The notes under the pieces: model-generated
Told to the model about the DNA's origin: nothing
Database searches by the model: none
Seen by the model: the letters and a program-made list of their open reading frames with translations, nothing else
Translations under genes and position numbers: made by a program
Assembly: GCA_964546165.1 (NCBI GenBank)
Contig: CAZJIV010000003.1
Location: forward strand, 1 to 37,049
Direction: 5' to 3'
DNA from: Candidatus Woesearchaeota archaeon
GTDB lineage: Archaea > Nanobdellota > Nanobdellia > Pacearchaeales > GW2011-AR1
DNA length: 37,049 bases
Part shown: piece after piece, positions 15,767 to 23,340 of the stretch
How the letters are laid out: each line of letters starts with the position of its first letter
How positions within the stretch are numbered: position 1 is the first letter of the stretch

Positions 15767-15840
15767 TAAATCTTATCTATTACTCTATAACAGTAGTTAT
15801 TGCTACTGTAGAGATAATTAAAAGGAGGTGTGAGAGTTAC

Positions 15841-16638
15841 ATGAGACAATCTTATTGGTTGTGCCTTTTGGCAGTTCTAGTGGTCGCTTTGTTTGCGTTG
15901 CCAGCTGTTACAGCTGTTCAGCCTGTAGGTGCTACAGTCACTGAAAACGGAAACCAAACTGCGCCTTTAGATGCAGCAGGAAGCCAAGCAGCAATTGCAG
16001 GTAATGTCAGTGATATAAATCTTTATGGTTATTCCTCGACTCAGTCCTGGCAAGGTTACTATGGTAATGTCAGCGGTACAATTCAATTAGCAGATGGAAG
16101 TGACCATGTTCTTTACAATTGGTCTCAGACTAATCCTACTGGTGAAGTTTATTCATCCACAAACAGTACTATATCTTGGCTGAATGTGCAGTGTTTTAAC
16201 TTTACAGCTACCGGTGCAGACAATCCTTCAGGAGAAACTGCTGGCGGTACAAACCAGAAAGGGATGAATTTGACACAGTTGCAGAACATATTCGGAATCA
16301 ATCAAACTGCTATAGACAGTGTTAACAACACGTTTGACCTTATTGGAGGAGCAAATGACCACTTGTTGTTCTACACAGCAAATCTTCAGTTTGATCCATC
16401 AGAATGTCAGACAGCAAGGTTGTTCACAGATTCCAGTGGGGCTCAAATACAGGGTCATTTTGAAGAAGTGATACAGTATGAGCCTACGACAAATAGTGTC
16501 ATCTGGACATCGGTCATAAACAGAAACTTTGTTGGCTTTGATGACGTTCAACATGACTTCGAAATGTTAGTTCCAGAGAACGGTCACGGAACAGACACTG
16601 CTACAACTACGTATTACTTTTACGTAGAAATCGAGTAA
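15841..16638 (+). CDS. secreted protein, paralog A of the giant protein's C-terminal domain
   Basis: Sec-type signal peptide (LCLLAVLVVALFALPAVTA|VQP). Strong SD. Homologous to 16704-17480 and to 15071-15646. Ends ...TTTYYFYVEIE*. Confidence 0.9.
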   Translation: MRQSYWLCLLAVLVVALFALPAVTAVQPVGATVTENGNQTAPLDAAGSQAAIAGNVSDINLYGYSSTQSWQGYYGNVSGTIQLADGSDHVLYNWSQTNPTGEVYSSTNSTISWLNVQCFNFTATGADNPSGETAGGTNQKGMNLTQLQNIFGINQTAIDSVNNTFDLIGGANDHLLFYTANLQFDPSECQTARLFTDSSGAQIQGHFEEVIQYEPTTNSVIWTSVINRNFVGFDDVQHDFEMLVPENGHGTDTATTTYYFYVEIE

Positions 16639-16674
16639 GGCCTAATTTTATTGTTTATAGTTATAGGGCCTTAC
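16635..16674 (+). other. 8-bp hairpin (GTAAGGCC...GGCCTTAC, 24-nt loop) overlapping the stop codon of the 15841 gene
   Basis: Read directly: 16635-16642 is the reverse complement of 16667-16674. It is GC-rich relative to its surroundings. Role unknown (mRNA processing, stability or attenuation). Confidence 0.35.
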
Positions 16675-16703
16675 TTGGGGTGATTGTAGCTGGGACTTGA
16701 TTT

Positions 16704-17480
16704 ATGAGAGACAGAAACATGAACAAAGAAACAAAAGACGGTGAAACAATCTTCAGAGCTCTTGCTCTGTTGGGGATCATTTCCCTATTTGGGATTTTAA
16801 TTCTATCTATGATTAGTGCTGCTTCAGTCCCTGTTCCTCCAAATGTTTTGCAATCCGTTTCAAATGATAGTGCAGGCTCGGTTCCTGCAATGAAATTCAA
16901 CATATCTGGAGGTGTAATTGCAACGTTTAATCTTACTGCGAGAGTTCAGGATCCGAGATGGAAAGGTTTTGTTGGAAATGTCACAGGAACTTTTGCATTG
17001 CAAGATTCTACAGGGTCAACGCTTTTTGATTGGGCGCTTACAAGTGTTTCGGGTGCAATATTTGCCACGAGAAACAGCGGCGCGATAACTTGGACAAATG
17101 TTAATTGCTCCAATCTAACAGGGCTTAATGCGGAGAATGTTGCACTAAATCTTAATGACCCTAATGATAACCTTAACCAGACATTCTCATATTCGCTTCC
17201 AACAAACAGCCCTACATTCTCGGTTGGCTCCAAGATTATCCCTGCACAAGAATGTCCTGTTCTTAATACTTATAACTCGACAGGAGCTCAAAGCAATTAC
17301 TTTTATGAGATGGCTCTTTATGCTACAGGTTCACAAATACCAATTTATGCAACTATAATGGAGCAGGGGGTTGTTGGTTTTAATGGAGATCGTTATGATT
17401 TCCAGGAGATTGTTCCCCAGAATGGAACTGTGGGATCTGCGCCAACGGCATATTATCTTTACGTCCAGCTAGGAAGTTAA
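16704..17480 (+). CDS. secreted protein, paralog B of the giant protein's C-terminal domain
   Basis: N-terminal hydrophobic segment FRALALLGIISLFGILILSMISAAS (alternative ATG at 16719). It shares the same motif set and the same two Cys positions as paralog A. Ends ...PTAYYLYVQLGS*. Confidence 0.85.
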   Translation: MRDRNMNKETKDGETIFRALALLGIISLFGILILSMISAASVPVPPNVLQSVSNDSAGSVPAMKFNISGGVIATFNLTARVQDPRWKGFVGNVTGTFALQDSTGSTLFDWALTSVSGAIFATRNSGAITWTNVNCSNLTGLNAENVALNLNDPNDNLNQTFSYSLPTNSPTFSVGSKIIPAQECPVLNTYNSTGAQSNYFYEMALYATGSQIPIYATIMEQGVVGFNGDRYDFQEIVPQNGTVGSAPTAYYLYVQLGS

Positions 17481-17484
17481 TAAA

Positions 17485-18513
17485 ATGGATGAGAAAAATG
17501 GAAAAAAATACTTCGGAAAAATTTTGTTATTTCTTTTAGCCGAAGCTTTTCTACTCTTTATTATAATCTCGACCTTTGGAGGAGGTGTTGTTGGCTATGG
17601 TGGTTCTGGAGGTAATGTTACTGTACAGAGCATCCTTAAAGTTGGAAATGTTTCGCCTGAAGTTGTAAATGTAACTGTTAATGATTATGCTACTTCAATA
17701 GACCTTACACCAAATTCAACCAAGAATATAAGCTGTCAAGCACTTGTTCGTGACTGGAATGGAGAAGGCAATATTACCAATGTAACTAGTGAGTTCTTTA
17801 TATCTCCCGGAGTTTATAATGGAGGATATGCTGCAGGGCCAAATGATAATAATTATCATTATACAAATAACAGTTGTTATATTAATGATTCATTTGGAAC
17901 GTGGCATGGGATGGTAGATGATCCTTATATTGCGCTTGCGACCTGCAACTACAGCATTTGGTATTATGCATATCCTGGAACTTGGAACTGCACTGTTTTT
18001 GTTGATAGTATTCCTAAGCTTAATGCGACAGGGAGCAATACAACTACCATAAATCAACTTTTGGCTGTTGGACTTCCACCTTCTATAAATTTTGGAACGG
18101 TGAACGCAACATACGTGTCTGATGAGAATTATACAAATGTAACTAATATGGGGAATGTTGAACTTAACCTTAGCCTTTATGGTTATGCACAGACTCTTGG
18201 GGATGGTTATGCAATGAATTGTAGTGTTCCTCTTTCGACTTATCATCCTAAGATACCTATAGGATTTGAAAAATATAATCTTACAGTGTCCCATCCAGGG
18301 GGACTTACTTTAACTCAATTTGAAACGAATTACACGAACCTTACAAGTACTTACACTGTTAGGAAGTTTAATCTTAATTTCAGGGAGAATGATGCAGCTC
18401 AGGGAACTGATGATACTAATGCAACTTACTGGAGAGTTTATGTTCCAAATGGTGCTGCGGGGACCTGCACAGGAAACATAGTCTTTGGAGCAAGCACTTC
18501 CCCAGGAAGTTAA
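17485..18513 (+). CDS. hypothetical protein with an N-terminal hydrophobic segment and Ig-like/beta-rich ectodomain
   Basis: The ATG lies 4 nt after the preceding stop. The N-terminus is KKYFGKILLFLLAEAFLLFIIISTFGGGVVGYGGSGG (hydrophobic helix plus Gly linker). Cys- and sequon-rich beta-type sequence follows. The C-terminal YWRVYVPNGAAGTCTGNIVFGA weakly echoes the VPxNG...YV motif of its neighbours. Confidence 0.85.
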   Translation: MDEKNGKKYFGKILLFLLAEAFLLFIIISTFGGGVVGYGGSGGNVTVQSILKVGNVSPEVVNVTVNDYATSIDLTPNSTKNISCQALVRDWNGEGNITNVTSEFFISPGVYNGGYAAGPNDNNYHYTNNSCYINDSFGTWHGMVDDPYIALATCNYSIWYYAYPGTWNCTVFVDSIPKLNATGSNTTTINQLLAVGLPPSINFGTVNATYVSDENYTNVTNMGNVELNLSLYGYAQTLGDGYAMNCSVPLSTYHPKIPIGFEKYNLTVSHPGGLTLTQFETNYTNLTSTYTVRKFNLNFRENDAAQGTDDTNATYWRVYVPNGAAGTCTGNIVFGASTSPGS

Positions 18514-18555
18514 ATTCTGGGAAAGGTTTAATAATATTATTTTTCTGAGTTGTTT

Positions 18556-19575
18556 ATGCATTTTAATGAAAAGTTTGATTTGATAACCAGGAATCTTCAG
18601 GAAGTTACAGGAGAAGAGGAGCTTAAGAGGATTCTGAAATCTGAAAAAGAATTATCTATTTATTGGGGAACAATGCCCACTGGAAGCATTTCTGTGGCTT
18701 ACTTTTTTCCAATGTTAAAGATTGCGGACTTTTTGAAGGCAGGATGCAAAGTTAAGATTCTTATTGCAGACATACACGCAGCTCTTGACAGCACTCCTTG
18801 GGAAGTTTTGGACAAGAGATATCTGTATTATGGTAGAGCAATTCTTGATATGCTTAAGGTTATTGGGGTTGACTCCAAGAAACTTGAATTTGTGAAAGGT
18901 TCTGATTTTCAACTGAAAAAGAATTATGCTTTTGACCTTTTGAAACTTTCCACAATGACTTCTGTTCACGATGCAAGGAAGTCTGCATCAGACATGGTTA
19001 AGAATATGGAGGGAGAAAATGCAAGAGTTTCTGGATTCATATATCCTTTAATGCAGGCACTTGATGAGCAATATCTTGGTGTTGATGCTCAGTTTGGCGG
19101 GATGGACCAGAGAAAGGTGTTTATGTATGCGAGGGAGTTTTTGCCAAAGATGAATTATAAACAAAGAATAGAGTTAATGAATCCCATGATACGCGGGCTC
19201 ATAGGAGAAAAAATGAGCTCAAGCAATGAGGCAACAAAGATTGATTTGCTTGACGATGAAGAGAAAGTTAAGAGAAAAATAAATCATGCAGAATGTGCTG
19301 AGGGAAATCCTGACAACGGGATTATGGCTTTGTTGAAATATTTAATATTTGTTATTAAGCAGGATCAGGGCAAGGAGTTCATTGTTGAAAGGCCTGCAAA
19401 ATTCGGAGGGGACTTGGCTTACAAAGATTATGATTCACTTGAGAAAGATTTTGTTGCGAAGAAGCTTCATCCTCTTGATCTGAAGAATTCTGTTGCAAAA
19501 GAGATTAACGTTCTTCTTGAGACCTTCAGGAAAGATAAGAAGCTTGTTCAGTTTTATAAGGACGCTTACGAATGA
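18556..19575 (+). CDS. tyrS: tyrosyl-tRNA synthetase (archaeal/eukaryal type)
   Basis: The ORF-track start at 18550 is TTG; the first ATG is at 18556, about 25 nt after the TATA-like TTTAATAATA. It contains [68 protein letters not shown] and the KMSKS motif as KMSSS. It is collinear with TyrRS sequences I remember. Confidence 0.92.
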   Translation: [339 protein letters not shown]

Positions 19576-20490
19576 TTATTTTGTTTTGAATTCCACGATA
19601 TCCAAATCCTTTAATTCATGTTTCAATCCGACTTTTTGTCCGGAAAATTTTGAACTTGGGCCCCATATTCTAGTTTCCTTAATTGTTCTTGAGAATCCTT
19701 TGAGGATTTTTTCTGCGGCGTCTTTAACAGTTGAACTTGGCTCCATTATCATTGGCTTTTGCTTGCTTGCCTCCTTTCCAGGTTCTTTTGTGTAAATTCT
19801 CATTTTCCCGAAACTTCTAAAAGTTTTTTCTTTTAATTCTTCTATGCCTTCATTAGTTCTTGTGGATATAATGACAAAATCGTACTTCTTGCTTTGAAGT
19901 GTTGCAGAAATTTTCCTTTTCTCGTTATTGTTTAACAAGTCTGATTTATTGAACACAATTATCTGTTTTCCTTTTGCATTTTCCAAATCTTCGCGAATTT
20001 GTTCTATCTGCTCTAATTTTGTTATGGTAATCAGGATTACATCTGCACTGTTCACTATACCTCTGTCATAGTACTCTGATTCTATCGCAGGTACATCAAT
20101 GAGCTGTATTTGAACTCCAGGTTGATAGTTCATCATTCCAATTATGGGCTCACGGGTTGTGAATTCATAATCAGCGATTTGAGGGTTTACATTTGTAAGC
20201 AGATTCAGAAGGGAGGATTTTCCTGAATTTGTAAAACCAATTATAACTGCCTGCATATCCTCTTTTTTTATTCCCTGCTTTGAAGATTTCCCTGATTTTT
20301 TGTTTTTGTCCTTTTGTTCAAGAAGTTTTTTCAGTCTTGTCTTTAATTGTGCCCGAAGTTTTTCTGCTCCCTTGTGTGTTGGAGCGAGAGAAATCATTTT
20401 TTTCAATGTTTTTATTTTCTCTTCGGTCGTTTGTGCTGCAAGATATTCCTTTTCTGCTGCAAGATATTCGGGGTGTGCGTTAATAGGCAT
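19576..20490 (-). CDS. DRG/Rbg-type GTP-binding protein with C-terminal TGS domain
   Basis: G1 is GFTNSGKSSLLN, G2 is FTT, G3-like is DVPAI (Ala where DxxG has Gly) and G4 is NKSD. The C-terminal RIYTKEPGK...VKDAAEKI...TRIWG...GQKVGLKHELKDLDIVEF is TGS-like. The stop abuts the tyrS stop with 0-nt spacing. Confidence 0.8.
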   Translation of the reverse strand: MPINAHPEYLAAEKEYLAAQTTEEKIKTLKKMISLAPTHKGAEKLRAQLKTRLKKLLEQKDKNKKSGKSSKQGIKKEDMQAVIIGFTNSGKSSLLNLLTNVNPQIADYEFTTREPIIGMMNYQPGVQIQLIDVPAIESEYYDRGIVNSADVILITITKLEQIEQIREDLENAKGKQIIVFNKSDLLNNNEKRKISATLQSKKYDFVIISTRTNEGIEELKEKTFRSFGKMRIYTKEPGKEASKQKPMIMEPSSTVKDAAEKILKGFSRTIKETRIWGPSSKFSGQKVGLKHELKDLDIVEFKTK

Positions 20491-20491
20491 T

Positions 20492-21229
20492 TTACCCTTT
20501 TTTTACAAATTTATTTAATACTTCAATATAATCTTTGTTGAGCCCGCCAAGCCTGAAAATTATTATTTTTTTGAAGGCTGTCTCTTTACAAAAATTCAAA
20601 TCTTCTTCAAGTTTTTTTGGAACAAGGATGGGCTCGTTTCCCATAATTCCAATGTCAATTGTCCCCAATCCTACAGAGTAATTACTTTTATCTTTTATTT
20701 TTTGAAGCCCCTTCTTTGAACTTTTTATTAACCATTTTGGAAACATGCTTGTGTACCACATTATGCTTCTTTCGTAATCAATTGAATAATTCAATCCTAT
20801 TGCTTTCATCAACTTCCCGACAACTGTTGAAGGGTACTCTGCTGTTGTTACTCTTGATTTGTTTTTTTCAAGAAATTGTTTTATGAGTTTTTTATTTTTT
20901 CTGAACCTAAGGATGTTTTTTATGAAATAGGAAGGCTTTTTTAAGGGAAGTTCCAGATCTATTAAAAGCTGATTTTTTATTGAGTCAAGTTCTTTGAATA
21001 GTTCGATTAAGTCTCTTGTGTTTGAGAATGGAGAAACCCAATAAGAATTTGGGACAATTGGCCAATATGCAACTTCTGTTCCCCTTTTTATTTTTTTGAT
21101 TTCTCTTTCAAGAGACTGGAATTCCTGAAGGGATTTTGCAGCCACAAAAACTCGGGTTTTCCATTTCACAAGTTTTAATTTTTCAAGATTCTCTTTCTTT
21201 GGGAATTCTTCATAAAAGTCAATTTGCAT
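20492..21229 (-). CDS. hypothetical protein (soluble, Lys-rich); probably co-transcribed with the GTPase gene
   Basis: 245-aa ORF ending 1 nt before the GTPase ATG. No motif recognised. Confidence 0.7.
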   Translation of the reverse strand: MQIDFYEEFPKKENLEKLKLVKWKTRVFVAAKSLQEFQSLEREIKKIKRGTEVAYWPIVPNSYWVSPFSNTRDLIELFKELDSIKNQLLIDLELPLKKPSYFIKNILRFRKNKKLIKQFLEKNKSRVTTAEYPSTVVGKLMKAIGLNYSIDYERSIMWYTSMFPKWLIKSSKKGLQKIKDKSNYSVGLGTIDIGIMGNEPILVPKKLEEDLNFCKETAFKKIIIFRLGGLNKDYIEVLNKFVKKG

Positions 21230-21268
21230 ATACCTTTTAAATAATGTTGAATTAAAAATTTTATCAAT

Positions 21269-22042
21269 ATGGAAAAACAGGAAATAATTGACAAAATTGT
21301 CCAGAAGAGAGAGTTTTCTGAATTGCCGAAGGCTGACATTTTGAAGGCTTTTGAGAAGTTTGACAAGGACAGATATTCCGATGAAGAGAAGGTAAAATTG
21401 ACGAGAGATTTTTTGAGGAAAGCGTTTTCTGGTTTTTCAGGAAAGAAGCTTTTTGTTTACAAGGATAAAAGTGCTGAAGAGATTCTGAAGAAACATCTTT
21501 CAACACGTGAGAGATTTGAACATTATGAAGAGATTTATGGAAGATTATTGAAGAACCTTCCAAAAGATATAAGCATTTTAGATTTAGGTTCAGGTGTTAA
21601 CGGGTTTTCTTATAAGTTTTTTGAGGAACTTGGAAAGAAAGTGGATTATGTCGGATTGGAAGCAGTTGGACAGTTGTCGAGACTTGTCGAGACTTATTTT
21701 AAAAAAGAGAAGATTAAGAATGCAGAGGCAATTCACGAGAGTATTTTTGAGATTGACAAAGTCAAAGAACTTTTGAAGGATTGCAAGAAGCCAAGAGTTG
21801 TTTTTATGTTTAAGGTTGTTGATTCTCTGGAGAAATTTGAGAGAGATTTTACTAAGAGGTTCCTGGAAGAAATCGTTCCTTTGGCAGACAGAATTGTTGT
21901 GAGCTTTGCAACAGAGTCTTTCATGAGAAGAAAAAGATTTTATGTAAATAGAAAATGGCTTACAGATTTTATTAAAGAGAAATGGCAGTTTACTGATGAT
22001 TTTGAAATTGGCGGTGAGAGGTATCTTGTTTTTGAGAAATGA
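21269..22042 (+). CDS. SAM-dependent methyltransferase resembling the FmrO/ArmA/Rmt family of 16S rRNA (guanine-N7) methyltransferases
   Basis: KKHLSTRERFEHYEEIY, then ILDLGSGVNGFSY (SAM motif I), then VFMFKVVDSLEKFE, RIVVSFATESFMRRKRF and IGGERYLVFEK*. The same order and spacing as H(A/S)ST(K/N)ER, (L/I)LD..CG.NPLAL, (I/L)FK.LP.LE, ..(V/I)SFP..SL.G and IG.EL(I/V)Y occur in ArmA/RmtB as I recall them. Confidence 0.6.
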   Translation: MEKQEIIDKIVQKREFSELPKADILKAFEKFDKDRYSDEEKVKLTRDFLRKAFSGFSGKKLFVYKDKSAEEILKKHLSTRERFEHYEEIYGRLLKNLPKDISILDLGSGVNGFSYKFFEELGKKVDYVGLEAVGQLSRLVETYFKKEKIKNAEAIHESIFEIDKVKELLKDCKKPRVVFMFKVVDSLEKFERDFTKRFLEEIVPLADRIVVSFATESFMRRKRFYVNRKWLTDFIKEKWQFTDDFEIGGERYLVFEK

Positions 22043-22094
22043 TAATAGCTAACAACAATATATTTTAAAAACCAAAATGCTTTTTGAGTAAGGA

Positions 22095-23294
22095 ATGGAT
22101 TTTCAAAAAAAGGTTCTTGATAACGGAATGACAATACTTCTTGAAAAGAGGGATTTGCCTATTGTAAGCGTTGCTTTTGCGGTTCGTGCCGGAGGAGTAA
22201 ATGAAACGCCTGAAGAAAAGGGAATCTCTCATTTTATTGAGCACATGCTGTACAAAGGAACTCCGACGAGAAACTCAAAGAAAATCGCTGAGGAAATTGA
22301 AAATAACGGAGGAGAATTGAATGGTTTTACCACCGAGGAGATTACAGCTTACTGGTGTAAGATGCCGAGCAAACATCTGAATGTTGCGCTTGAGGTTCTA
22401 GGAGATATGGTTAGAAATCCTCTCTTTGATGAAAAGGAACTTGAGAAAGAAAGGAAAGTTATTTTTGAGGAGATAAAGATGTACCATGATAATCCTCGGA
22501 TGTATATTTTTGATGAGATACAGAAATCGCTTTATACCGAGACTATGAAAATAAATCTTGCAGGTACTTATGAAACAATGGGGGCAATAACAAGAGACAA
22601 AATAATGAAGAAGTTCAAGGAAATTTATAATCCCAATAATATGGTTCTTTGTGTTGTGGGAAATGCTGAGATGGACGAACTTGTAAGTTATGTCAAAAAG
22701 AATTTCAGCAAAAAGAAAGGTGAGATTCCTGAAATAAAATTCGGAGAGACAAATGAATCAAATACTGAAGAGAGGACCGGTGTTGATCAAGCAAATCTTG
22801 TGTTTGCTTACCATGTTCCAAAAGCAAACGATGATAAGAACTATGCAGCAATTGTTTTGAGCTCCATTATGGCGGGGGGAATGGCCTCAAGACTTTTTAG
22901 TGAGATAAGGGAAAAAAGAAATCTTGCATATGCTGTTAAGGGTGACGCCAATATTAACAAGAGATTTGCTTACAATTTAATTTATGTAGGAACCATGAAG
23001 GAAAATGTTGAGAAAGTCAAAAAATTAATCCTTGAGGAATTTCAAAAAGTTTCAGACGGACTCGGAGAAAAAGAACTTAAAACTGTTAAGGAAAGGCTCA
23101 TTGGAAATTATGAGATTTCGATGGAAGATTCTCAAAATCAGATGATAAACATTTTGAGCAGTGAGGTTCAGGGAAGTGCCGAGGAGTATTATGAATTTGG
23201 GAGGAAGATATCCAAAGTTAATCTTGAAGATGTGAAAAAGCTTGCCAAAGAGGCGGCCGAAAGATATAGTTTTTTTGCGCTTGTCCCAAAATGA
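22095..23294 (+). CDS. M16 (pitrilysin/insulinase) family zinc peptidase
   Basis: Inverted zinc motif HxxEH in GISHFIEHMLYKGT. The downstream E of the family (TAYWCKMP... region) and typical length/architecture are present. Confidence 0.88.
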   Translation: MDFQKKVLDNGMTILLEKRDLPIVSVAFAVRAGGVNETPEEKGISHFIEHMLYKGTPTRNSKKIAEEIENNGGELNGFTTEEITAYWCKMPSKHLNVALEVLGDMVRNPLFDEKELEKERKVIFEEIKMYHDNPRMYIFDEIQKSLYTETMKINLAGTYETMGAITRDKIMKKFKEIYNPNNMVLCVVGNAEMDELVSYVKKNFSKKKGEIPEIKFGETNESNTEERTGVDQANLVFAYHVPKANDDKNYAAIVLSSIMAGGMASRLFSEIREKRNLAYAVKGDANINKRFAYNLIYVGTMKENVEKVKKLILEEFQKVSDGLGEKELKTVKERLIGNYEISMEDSQNQMINILSSEVQGSAEEYYEFGRKISKVNLEDVKKLAKEAAERYSFFALVPK

Positions 23295-23340
23295 TTTTTG
23301 GAGATATTTTTATAAAGTCTTTTTCATAAAAGTCTTTGTT

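Noticed and set aside
15633-15821. 62-aa ORF spanning the end of the giant gene and the intergenic region
   Set aside because: It reads through the oligo-T tracts (giving FPFFPFFW) and through the TATA box and hairpin. This fits non-coding regulatory DNA better.
17485-17600. Class III (type IV prepilin) signal peptide on the 342-aa protein (KKYFG|KILLFLL...)
   Set aside because: A basic stretch, a Gly and a hydrophobic helix are present. The residues after the putative cleavage site do not match the archaeal pilin or archaellin patterns I know. Kept only as an N-terminal anchor/signal call.
19493-21563. Several + strand ORFs antisense to the GTPase and hypothetical genes, plus - strand ORFs at 21175-21563
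   Set aside because: They are antisense to ORFs with clear motifs or better context. Their products are F/L/C/S-rich, typical of the reverse complement of Lys/Glu-rich coding DNA.
23242-23340. Upstream extension of the 23341-24948 ORF (ORF-track start at 23242)
   Set aside because: It overlaps the last 53 nt of the peptidase gene. The ATG at 23341 gives a canonical basic-then-hydrophobic N-terminus and sits ~26 nt after a TATA-like element.
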